A stretch of DNA of 57,216 nt from Folioceros fuciformis (Eukaryota): the NCBI GenBank assembly GCA_049999805.1, contig JBNGIO010006248.1, positions 137,304 through 194,519 of the forward strand, in the 5' to 3' direction. The position numbers were made by a program, and so were the translations under genes. Under the pieces are notes generated by a model. The model was not told the origin of the DNA. It ran no database searches and was given only the letters and a program-made list of their open reading frames with translations. Positions 46,982 to 57,216 of this stretch are shown in pieces (within the stretch, counting starts at the first letter, position 1; each line of letters starts with the position of its first letter).

Positions 46982-47479
46982 GTTGAAGTATTTGTCAAAT
47001 GGCACCTTCAAGTTCAAGTAAAGAAATAAAGAAATAATTATTATGAAGGAGAGATGAAGAGAAACCCTACAGATGAACGTATTGAGATCTTTGAACTCCA
47101 CCTCTTGTGCTTGGTTTTGAAGCATCAAAGGACTGACTGCAATCAACACTCTTGCTTGTGCAATTTACTCCAATAGAAAATGAAGAACGTTGTAAAGGGT
47201 AGAGAGAACTCGCCGTCTTCGCATAAGGTAGAAGCTTAGCTCACTTAACTTGACCATCTCCTCCAAGGCTCCCCCAAGTTCTCGTAAGCTGTGCTCTCAA
47301 CTTACTAAATGACCTTTCTTACTAGCCTAAGCCCCATTTATATTGAGGTGTATGTTACACTTTTAATAACTACCTAGAATACAACCTAGCCAATTTTAGA
47401 TAGTTACTTAAAGAAAGAAAGGAGTTGAAAGAAAGGTTTAAAATTGACCTCATATCTTAAAAAGGCCTTTGTGTCTTTT

Positions 47480-47645
47480 TTAAAATGACTATGTTTTAGG
47501 GTTTAAGAAAGGCTTCAGGTTTGGTCTCTTTTAAAATAACTACGTTTTAGGGTTTAAGAAGGGCTTCAAGCTTGGCCCCTTTAGTGCAGGTGAACTTAAG
47601 GGTTTAGGACTTAGGGTTTAGGGTTTAATGCTTAAGGTTTAGGTT
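47480..47645. repeat. Short tandem duplication plus degenerate interstitial telomeric (TTTAGGG) repeats
   Basis: ttaaaat.acta.gttttagggtttaagaa.ggcttca occurs twice, followed by agggtttaggacttagggtttagggttta. Confidence 0.7.
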
Positions 47646-49066
47646 TATTTCCTCATTATAAAAATTACATGAAGCTAGAGCTGGAGCCATGGGGAAGACA
47701 ATAGTGGGTCTCTAATCTACACTGTTTCCTTACGCATGGTGTTATTTAAGTATTTTTGTGTATTTTTCAATTATGCAAGTGTGAATGGATAAGGCTTTCA
47801 ATGAAGTGTTCATGAGTTTTCAAAAAAGGGCTAGACAAGGGTTGTGTCTTGCGAGCCAGTGATCAGCAGCAGGGCTGTGCATCGCGAGCGGAACCCGCTC
47901 TTTTTCCATTTGGTGCGTTGGTGAAGGAAAGGCTGGCCAGCAACCCGGGGCGTGCCCCTTGATGAAAAATTGCAGGAGGGCGCGGCACCAATCGAATTCG
48001 GAGCCGGATGGAGGGCCGAGCTCGCCGGCTGTAGATGGGGTACTAGCCGGGCCGGGGGCCGAACTCGGGCTCGAATCGGAGCGCGATGAGGAAGCCGGAG
48101 GCCGAGACAGGCTGGCGTAATCGGAGGGTGTTCACGGGTGCGCTGGAACTCGGGGCAGCTGGTTGGCTGCTGGGCGTCGGATCATCGGGGTCCCAGTGTG
48201 ATCGAGGAGGCTCAACGATCTGCTGGTAAACGAGCGCTGCGATCTGCAGGAGGGGCACGCCTAGATCAGAGTCGGGAGGCAGCAGGATTGCTGGGATTGC
48301 TGGGATTCCTGGTCGAGATTCCCTGACTGTGGAGGTCGAAGTGAGGACGCGGGGCCTGGGTCGGAGCCTCGGCTCCNNNNNNNNNNNNNNNNNNNNNNNN
48401 NNNNNNNNNNNNNNNNNNNNNNNNNNNNNNNNNNNNNNNNNNNNNNNNNNNNNNNNNNNNNNNNNNNNNNNNNNNNTCGGCTCCGAGGATTCAAGCTGGA
48501 GGAGGGGCGCGCCCTCGGCCCGCTGCCAACCGGGCCAGCAAGGGGAGGAATCGGGCAAGGGGACGGGGTGCCGGTGGTCACTGGGCAGAAAATCGGGGAG
48601 ACGTGAGCAGCTTGGAGCGCGGTGAGGGGATGGGAGTTCATTAATACTAATGGTACGATGGAGGCTAGAAAAGTTTAAATTAGTGTCTTGCTCTCTTGTC
48701 TATCCTTACTTGGTTAACCAAATAGACTAGGAGAGCAAGACATGAACCACCACTTGTCCTTTATGTTGAGGATAAGTGCTGGTGTCGGCCATGTGTTTGC
48801 ATAGTGTATGATTGAGACCATGAGGTCCAGTGGCCAAGGTAAGGGGCTCGGACCTTTGGAATGTTGTAACCTCCAAGCATGAGTTATGGTTAAAGCTTCA
48901 GAGGCTTTATTGTGTGGAGCTTTACGTCTAGGGAAACAGCTCCCTTTTCAGATACAGGAAAGAAATGTGGAACCAGGGAACAACAATCCTAGCCTAGTGA
49001 TCTCTTGAATGTCCTAATCCGATAAAAAGATACGTGCTAGATTACAGAAAAAAGAGTCTGCCCTGT

Positions 49067-50109
49067 TCATAGCAGGAAATGAGAGTCGCAGTGCGTACCG
49101 GCACCTCCCGATCCAATTCGGAATTGCGTGAACGGCCTGAGAAGTTCCCGGACTCCAATGCGGTTCGACATGCCACACTTTCCTGACTCGATGTGTTCAA
49201 CGAGGCTAGATAACCCTGCAGCGCAATAGCAGGATGGTCACGGAACTGTTTTTTGTTATCAAGCAGCAACCAGAGGGAAAGGTTGAAAGCTTACAGGAGG
49301 CAGTGAAAAAGCATTCGCGGCAACGGAAGTCCTTTGGGTCATGATGGCCAGAGTTGAGATGTTGATTTAAGCTGTTCAAGGATCCGAACTGTCTGTCGCA
49401 AAAATAACACTCGTAAAAATCTCCGTTCCATGCTGCGTTGGTTGCCTGATACGTGGTTGATATTATTAAGCTGTGCATCACCACGTCCTTCAACCCATTA
49501 GATCTGAACAGCAAGGCTATCGAGGATTCATCCAGAACCGTTTGAACGAACTCACCTGCTCTCTCCATGATAGGTGAGGCGAGGAACAGTGACGGCATTC
49601 CTATTCCCCGTCCTTATTTCCCACCTGCGTATCGCCTCGACATACTCAGCGTGAGAGAACTTGCCGAAGCATGAAGATCTCTCAATCTGCAAACCGAAGA
49701 GAAACCAAACAAAATCAGTCGCTACACTTGCCTCCATGTTCATGTCAAGCAGCTCTTGATGCAATGCAATGATGAGGAACTTGAAGAAGGGGGAAACGAC
49801 TGGGTCAAGAAATTCTACATGCTTCACGGCGGCGGATGTCGTGGAAAACTTGGCAGGGCACTTAGGACAGCGGATATTCTTTGGCTCATGCACCACCTGA
49901 TGACCTCTCAAGGACGAAGGAGTTTTGAAATCTCGGTCGCAAATTTCACAAAAGTTGTGCTGCAGGCTTTGAACCATGTGGGACCTCAAAGTGCGCTCCG
50001 AGAAGAACACCTTGTCGCACTTAAAACAGTAGTCATGGACTTCTCTCTGATGGTCAATCATGTCCTCTGCATAGCGGAAACCGACCTGGCACACTTTGCA
50101 GAGAACCAT
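49067..50109 (-). CDS. Multi-C2H2 zinc-finger protein, 4 exons
   Basis: CKVC..HQREVH, CFKC..HMVQSLQH, CEIC..HQVVH, CPKC..KHIERSSC, CYFC..LNQHLNSGHH, CREC..LVEHIESGKC. Exons join via GT-AG. The last few codons are uncertain. Confidence 0.85.
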
Positions 50110-50630
50110 GTTGCCCGTTGCCGCAATTCCGCTCCTCACCGTTAGTCTACCTGCAAAGGGCGGCCGTCAGATACAAGGGCAGAGGCAATCTAAGCTGCAA
50201 GCAAGACCCAAAGCACTTGTCCACCTATTCAGCTCAATCACAGAAGAGAGTCTCCTGTGATCTATCTACAAGTACGACAGCTTGCTTCCCCGTCTTCACT
50301 ATGCTGGATGCGTCTGATTGCCGCAACAACGGCGGGCACGAATAAAAGAAGCGGAGAGGCGAGCATCGGGAAGAGGAGGACAGATAGCCTTAGGCCAGTA
50401 CCCGACCAGTCCCAGCTCCCTGACCCCGCCTAAACCTGATTAGGGCCGCTAACAAGACGTCTTGACACCTTGTCACGTAACTTTAACTCAGAGGTTAAAG
50501 TTATCCTAGTTCCTAGTAGGAACTAGAGAAAGCCAAGGGCTGGTGCGACCGAGCGTAACGTCAGGGCCCACCGCTACATCCCCGACCATATATACATCAT
50601 TATCCCAAGGATACGTAGTGTTCACACAAG

Positions 50631-53600
50631 TTAGCTATGAATCCTCATACTACTGTAGACTGACACTCTCCCGTCTTTCGATGCAGTCGCGAAAATGCCC
50701 ACTGACTGGTCGGCGGCCACTGAAGTTATGCGAGAACCTGTGAGTCATACACGCTTGGTCAGAGTCTGAGGTAGAAGATGAAGAGGCAGAATGAAGAAAC
50801 AAAGAATACCAAGCCAGACCTTTGAGCTCCAGGAACTGTAGGAGCTTTTCTCCCCGCAGAACGTCAACTGCATACGCCTCTCCGTCCTCTGTCCCAATGA
50901 TCGCGCAAGAACCTATTGTGCTTGATGCAGAAGCCCTACGAGCACAAGATTCGGAAGGCTTTCTCCAGAATGAGAACATGAGCTTGTTCTTCAAGAACGA
51001 GAAGATGCTGTGAGGGTGGAAAGCGGCACTGTCAAATACCTGTCATTGAGTGGCCGGCTCAGGAAGACTTCATCTCCTGCGACTGCCGCATAGCAGCAGC
51101 TTAGCCTCCTTGATTCAGTGTTCTGAAATCTTTCGGTATGATCTCCATCATCGAATTTTGCGCTTGTGCAGACAAGAAAACAGAAATCGACGTTCGGGGG
51201 TGGCCAGCAGTTTGCACCGTCTTCATTGGCGGGTGGAGACGGTACGAAGTCAATCAAGTGAGCTGTCAAGAGAATGAAGTCTGGTTGAGGGCTGCCAAAC
51301 AACTTCAGTAGGACCCGTTGTCGATAATCCCTGCAAGGTGCGACCAATGTGTGAGGGCCGAGTCTGACAGTCGGTAGCTGGTCGCTGGCATGACGACATG
51401 CAGGAGGGCGGAACCTACCAGACGGCAAACATCCCCTCAGAAGTACATCCCACAATATAGTGCCGAGACCTAGGCACCATGAGGAGCTCGATGATAGTTG
51501 ATGTGACTAAACCTTTGCTTGGCAGGTTAAATGCCTCCTGGCAAAATCTGCAGGTTTCACAGAAGTGCGCAATTAACAACGGACACGCGTCACAACGAAG
51601 ACGTATACTCCCGACCATTCTTGTCTGGATGAGTATGGTGCATGACACGAAGAGCTACAAGTTACCTGCATCACTTCGAGCCTAAGTTGAAAGGTAAGGA
51701 GATCACCGGTACTCACTTCCAGCTAGTATCCATGACCCAGCAGTTGACGTGGCCAGAAGTTCCAGCAGCAATGACGACCAATGGCTCTGGGGCTATCAAG
51801 CAGCGCATTCCTGTGGAGCACCTCAGCATTGCTTGAAGCCAAACTTCTTTATTGTTGAAGGCCACGATGTGGAGTCCATGGCCGTATGGAGCACAGTGCC
51901 TGTCAGCCAGCCCAGTCAAAATCGAATATGCTTATTCGAAAGGTGTGGTCCGGAACTGAAATTCACACACAAGCCGACCCCAAAAGCCAAACCATGTTTA
52001 ATCGCAAGATTTACCTCGTATTTGGTAACCCGAAGAAGTCGAGCATCATAATCCCCTTGCCATCTGGCGTAAAAAGCAAACCTTGACCCTGAGCAGTAGG
52101 TTGGAAGGGATAAGACCGTAAGACAGAAAATCTCCCGAATCCAGGAAGAACAACTGTTCAATTTCAGTGCAGGTCACTCACCTCCTTTACAAGACTGCTC
52201 TTGATAGCAAGAGTGAACGACGTAACAAGATCAAACTCTATGTCCCCAGATGCCGAATTCTCACTTCTGAAAACGAAAAGTCTGCGGCTTTTTTCTTCAC
52301 CACTAGCGCAACCCACGCAGAGTTGGATGGCATCCTGACCGACACGAAGGGTCAAGAACACCACAGGTGATGGACACACGAAATGCCCAATGCATTGAGG
52401 TGCAGGTGATCGAACCAAATCCTTCGAAGCCGGAAGTTGAGACACACAAACACTTTCCAGATCCTGTGGAACATAAGGATTCTTGTCATGTGGATTCTCG
52501 GATCCCTGTTTCGAGTATCTGTCCTTACCAACGCAACCCGCAACAACTTCTAGCAGCTCCTGTGAGCTGTAGAGATCCTCAGGGTTAAGGTCTGTCGTCC
52601 ACCATTCAACAGGCTGTACTTGAGGATCGTCTCCGGTGTGCATAGTTGTGCTCTGACCTGTTGACCCTTCGGCTTTTCTGCCAATACAGTCGTCCACAGA
52701 GAATTCTCCCATAGCTCGTAAGTTACTGGAGAATTGCAATTTTCCGTTATTGCACAATGCTTGATCTTGCTCTCTGGCAGGTTGTTCGTCAATCTGCTTC
52801 ATTAGACGCGCCTCGATCTCTGACTGCAATGATCCAGTGGTTGAAAATGCAGGATGAACTCCCTTCGCAACAGCAAAAGCTTGTTGGTCACGCTGTTGCC
52901 CTAATTGGACACAGTTCTCTGTCGGCAGCTCCTTCGGATGACAGCGGGGTACTGATGCAGGAGTTCTCATCTTTGCAGAGTCATCTTTATCTACCCGAAC
53001 CACATCTTCGTACAGAGAGCTCCTGTCCATGCAGTTTCTGTTGACTTCAGGCCAGGGCCTGACACTCAGTTGGTGCAGGCTAGCAAGTGCAGAAGGATCA
53101 TCTTGAGGTGGACCATGTTCTGTAGATCCCTCTACCTTGTCGAGTAGTCCTGACGCGGTGCTTCCCTCGTTCATTGCTGGACCCACATCACCTCGCGTGC
53201 TTACTCGATGAAAAGGTGATGCATCGCTGATGGAAGTCGGCTCTGGAACTACTGGTCTATTCCTCCGTTGTGGTAATGTTGGTAGAAAAATTGCCATCAT
53301 GTCATGTGCTGCCTGCTGCCCGTCTGACATCTCATACTGGCTGTGGCCCTCGATCAGTTCTCCCACTAGTTCACCCCCCGCATCTTGTTCAGGATCAGTG
53401 TCCAGGTCAAGGTCAACATCAACATCAGAAGGCAAAGTAGTAGCCACACCAAGGTGGTTCGTTCTGCATGGGGCCACAACAAACTTCGACCGTTTAGCGA
53501 AAACAGGCCTACTCCTACTTCTGATGAAGATATTCCCCTGTGAAGAACCATACTCAAGATCCGAGCCGTCTATACGACAATCTTCTCCCTTCCTCTTCTT

Positions 53601-53966
53601 ATTGCAAAGAATGTTGCTTGATGGTTCCTCCGTTTCAGAGGTGGATGCCAAGCTGAAATGCCTCCCACTCCTCCCCAGAGCAGACAGAACGTTTTCCCTT
53701 ATAAAGCCTGCCTCGTCCTCATCCTTAGGAACTGTTGCCTGCGCAGTGTCACATCCATTGCGAACCAAATTCTCCTTTCCCCGCTTACTGGATGGCAACT
53801 GCAGCTTCCCTGGTCTCTTCTTTTCAGCTGAGCCTGCGCAGACCGAAGCGGCCATCCCGTCTCTCTCCCGTTGCGTGCCATGAGAAGATCCTCTCCTGGA
53901 AGCACCACTATTTGCAGTGACTAGCGAGCTCTCAAGAACACCATGACCGTTGATCGTCTCCATCAT
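50631..53966 (-). CDS. AT1G26330-like protein: long disordered region plus C-terminal WD40-like beta-propeller; start uncertain
   Basis: In-frame spliced 3' exons: CPSPVVFLTL / GLLFTPDGKG / AAGTSGHVNCWVMDTSWK / IIELLMVPRSRHYIVG...FAVW / DYRQRVL / AIIGTEDGEAYAVDVLRGEKL / GSRITSVAADQS...ASKDGRVSVY. The motif order matches the family as recalled. Confidence 0.7.
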
Positions 53967-54074
53967 ACCCTGAGATGGAAAATTGCAACATCCTTTCCCA
54001 TTTTGTACGTGCGGAGTCGTTCGACACACAGCATGTGCAAACCTCTTTGTTGCACTGTGAGAGGAAGCTGCAAG

Positions 54075-54577
54075 TAGATCCTTAAGTAGCTCATGCACTG
54101 ACCGATGATTGAAACCAAATAGCTGCAGAGCGGAGCACAATTACTTCAAACACTAGGGGACACCTTCCTACGTTGCTGGCCAGAGTGAACAGAAAACGTA
54201 GTCTCACGGTTTATCTCCGGGCCATCTTCAGCAGACACCAGCTCCCTTCGTCCCTGTCTTCCACTCAGCGCGTTTCTCCAGGCTTCTGTTGCTGTCTCTC
54301 TTGACCTTGCAATCCTGCTTTTGGAAGTAACCTAAACAAGAGGAAGAATTTGAGCAGAGTTGCCCTGACCTCTATGCATCAGAATCCTTCTTGCTCACCA
54401 AATAACCTCCAAGAGACGCCCGCTTAGCCCCTCCCTGACCTCCATTGTAAACCAGAATCAATGTCACTGTCGCTTAGCCTTGTAGCCTACTAGAAACTTT
54501 TTCCTGTCCAGCGCAATCAAGCCAGCATTTTTCCAGCGGTCCAGTTCTTCAAAAGTAGAGAGGCACATTGTCACCAT
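54075..54577 (-). pseudogene. Decayed FYRN/FYRC-like 5' exons of the AT1G26330-like gene
   Basis: VGYKAKRQ*H*FWFTMEVREGLSGRLLE / ETATEAW...DGPE / LFGFNHRSVHELLKDL. Two TGA stops (54464-66, 54458-60), and AT instead of GT at the expected donor (54214-13). Confidence 0.6.
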
Positions 54578-55485
54578 CCTACTCCTCTTTATCTGAGCCG
54601 TAGCCCGGCGAGGCCTGTTTGAACAAGCCCGCTCCCGCGCGAGAAGTCCAATCCTGTTACTTGTCGTTCTCAGGACGTTCCGACGTGTGTCTCTAGACCC
54701 GTTCCGTTTCCTGTGATTAGGTTGAATGCCTATTTGAAGATGAAATCAAAAGTACTTTATTAAAGATAGACGATGGAAAAATCCATCAACCACGAACCCG
54801 GAGAGGAACCAGGAAGCTGCCGTATCCCAGCACTGTCTAACATAAAGATGATTATCTTTAAGGAAAAATCATGAAATTCGAATCAGAGGATTGGACATGA
54901 TTGGAACTTCACTTGATTGAGGACGGCACGCAGAGAGACAGATCCATGGCCTCTCCAAGAACGGAAGCAAACAGACTGAACGGAACGGGCCCGTTGGGGC
55001 CAAAGGAGTTGATACCGTTCCGTGCCATTCTCAGGGCGTAGAACCCGTTCTGTTTGCCAGTGGTGCTTACTAGGGACATCTGCAGAAAAACGGTGCCCGA
55101 CTTCCTGCATTCCTAATTAGCCAGATACGTGGGCAGAAATGATGTACTTAAGCAAAAAAATTCACCAAGAGAGTTGCAATGGATGGAAACAGATCCAGAC
55201 TCAATCCGCATCTGCATCGGAGCCTGAGGAAGGTACATAACCAGCCTACATACATGCATATCTAGTTACGCTTTCAGCTAGGTGTATAGTCTCTTCTGGA
55301 ATGTGGGCCGAAAATCTGGTGCTCAGATACAAGCAAGCTACGACATTGCAGGGGGAGACTGGAGTTAGGAGAAAAATGGAGATGTGGCTACAAGCAGTGT
55401 GATCCACAAGGACATTGTAGGAGCCAACCTTGTTTTGCTTCAGGCAAATCTCCTACTCAGACCGATAAGACAGGCTACTCACAGT

Positions 55486-57216
55486 TCAGGCAGATCGATC
55501 AGGCCTCCACCTGGATTTCTGCATAACCACAATCTGCTCTAGGTCTTGCTCGTCGTGATAGATTTGCAGCCAGTGCAAGGAATTGAGGACGGGAAGTACA
55601 TCCTCCGCTAAGACCACGGTCTTGTCACGGAAGATGACCCATCCTTCAGGCCTTACTATCCGGTCCACCTCGATGAGAGTGTTGACAATGCCACAGCGCT
55701 TCTTCAAGCGCGAGAAGACATGATCGGAATGAAGGAGGTCATAGGTTCGGGGGTAGGTGCTGAAGGATTCACACCAGTCATGATATATCCCGAACAATCC
55801 CCGTTCGTAGATGATGGGTAGAGTATCCGGCTCGTGCGTAGGCACCACGTTCATAACCCAGAGTGGCTGGTCGGCCAAAGCAGCAGCGAAGCCTCCATAT
55901 CCTGCGCTCATGTCCATCACATTGCGCACATGGGTCCAGTCAATGCCCAGCCCCTTCAAGTACAGCTTCTGAATCACACGGCTCCAGTGCTCACTGTTCT
56001 CCTGGAACTCCTCACCAGCTGGACGCCCATACAGACCCTTGGGGATCTTATAAAGCCAGGCCGGCACCGTCGTCAGCCGACGGGGCCACTGCTCCGGCCA
56101 CTGAGCTCCTCGCACATCGCCTTCCGGCAGCCTGTGGACGCATGCATTCATGGAGACATACCAGGCAGCATCCGGCTTGTCATCCTCTCCACACAAGGGA
56201 GGGAAGTTCTTCTTCCGGTTGTCATAGCATGTGTTGTCAGTAGGCTTCTGGAAAATAGCCACCCCAATACCCGTGGTGGCATCCGTCGTCCGGGAAAGCA
56301 GATCCCAGCAGATCTTGGACGTCAGCCTAAGCATAGCCTTCCAATCATCAGCCTCCGCCCTCTTGTAAACAGGGGTAGCAGACCAAACGAAAAACCCACC
56401 AGGCCTCAACATCCTGTTCAGCTCCAACAGCAGCATCCCACCCTCAATCTCCCAAGGCACCCGGCACCGTGCACAATGCACCACATCGAACACATTACTC
56501 GGGAACGGCAGCCTCTGGGTACCCATCACAGCGGAAATGGCAGGAATCCCACGCTCCAGAGCAAACTGCACCTGAGCCTCGTGCTCATCCTTGGGTGCCA
56601 AGGACATCGCCAACACATCCCTATCAAACAGGAAACCCCCAAAACTAGCCACACCACAGCCAACATCCAATATAACACGAGTGCGCTTCCCCCACGCAAC
56701 ATCCGTCTTGCTCTTCTCTATAAAGTCTATGTAATGCCCAGCACCGGCCTTGAACTGCGTCCCACCACCAGGAAAGATGAGGTAATCTCCACGCTTCTTC
56801 ACCCAGTTCTGATCCGCCTTGTAGGTAGCCAGCTTGGTATAGGGCACATTGGAATACCAGACCTTGCTGCGGCTCTCCGGCCAGGTGATGGGCACCTGGT
56901 ACCCCTCCGGCAACGGCACCAAACATTTGGGCATCTCAGCCTCAGCAGGACAGTGCCTTTCCCTGTGCTCGTAATGCTTAGTGCTCTTCAACTGAGAAAT
57001 AGCCTTCTGGTTATCCAAGCAGGGAATATAGTCCTGCGCACCACTCCACTCGCAGCTCTTCCAATCGTTCGGGGCTCCATCACCTTCGCTCTGATCCCCC
57101 CCGCTCGACACCGTCACAGGCTTGATCTCATCCCCCTCCGCGGTCGGCCCCTTCCGATCCGCCTCCTCCCCATCGCCGGAACCCGTCTCCTCCTTCGACT
57201 CCACCGACTGGCTCTT
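55486..57216 (-). CDS. Probable SAM-dependent methyltransferase, PMT/DUF248 (Methyltransf_29) family; 5' end outside the window; no introns in the visible part
   Basis: DYIPCLDN, EHRERHCP, FPGGGTQF, LDVGCGVASFG, QVQFALERGIPA, RNVMDMSAGYGGFAAAL, HDWCESFSTYPRTYDLLH. Resembles the PMT24-28 subgroup. Confidence 0.95.
   Translation of the reverse strand, partial: KSQSVESKEETGSGDGEEADRKGPTAEGDEIKPVTVSSGGDQSEGDGAPNDWKSCEWSGAQDYIPCLDNQKAISQLKSTKHYEHRERHCPAEAEMPKCLVPLPEGYQVPITWPESRSKVWYSNVPYTKLATYKADQNWVKKRGDYLIFPGGGTQFKAGAGHYIDFIEKSKTDVAWGKRTRVILDVGCGVASFGGFLFDRDVLAMSLAPKDEHEAQVQFALERGIPAISAVMGTQRLPFPSNVFDVVHCARCRVPWEIEGGMLLLELNRMLRPGGFFVWSATPVYKRAEADDWKAMLRLTSKICWDLLSRTTDATTGIGVAIFQKPTDNTCYDNRKKNFPPLCGEDDKPDAAWYVSMNACVHRLPEGDVRGAQWPEQWPRRLTTVPAWLYKIPKGLYGRPAGEEFQENSEHWSRVIQKLYLKGLGIDWTHVRNVMDMSAGYGGFAAALADQPLWVMNVVPTHEPDTLPIIYERGLFGIYHDWCESFSTYPRTYDLLHSDHVFSRLKKRCGIVNTLIEVDRIVRPEGWVIFRDKTVVLAEDVLPVLNSLHWLQIYHDEQDLEQIVVMQKSRWRPDRSA

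Noticed and set aside
46982-47149. Hydrophobic N-terminal extension of the kinase (possible membrane anchor)
   Set aside because: It depends on a non-ATG start; the first ATG is at 46981.
48043-48641. GC-rich ORFs on both strands
   Set aside because: They span a 100-N gap, are low complexity and show no domain.

Overview
Eukaryotic nuclear DNA from a gene-dense land-plant genome. It has short (~70-350 nt) GT-AG introns and interstitial TTTAGGG repeats, and looks like a compact seed-free plant such as a hornwort or lycophyte, but the taxon is not determinable here. Recognisable genes: a secreted Gnk2/DUF26-like protein, CPSF30 (CCCH+YTH), plastid soluble pyrophosphatase, a bulb-type lectin, a 7TM protein resembling the RGS1 membrane domain, a SWIB-domain protein, FIS1, pantothenate kinase 2, a GYP1/TBC RabGAP, BLISTER, AUG1/HAUS1, two genes of unknown function, an AT-rich CAMK-group kinase, a C2H2 zinc-finger gene, an AT1G26330-like FYR/beta-propeller gene and a PMT (DUF248) methyltransferase. 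A decayed Ty1/Copia element with both LTRs and a 5-bp TSD lies at 39023-43735 among tandem and inverted repeats. Most notable observations: (1) the RGS1-like 7TM protein has no RGS box and ends in a short coiled coil; (2) an inverted copy of the AUG1 leader and N-terminus forms a 51-aa ORF directly upstream of BLISTER; (3) the C2H2 gene resembles a fungal family; (4) the FYR exons of the AT1G26330-like gene are decayed while its 3' exons are intact; (5) several normally intron-rich genes are intronless or nearly so. All family assignments come from recalled motifs and manual splicing, not from database searches.
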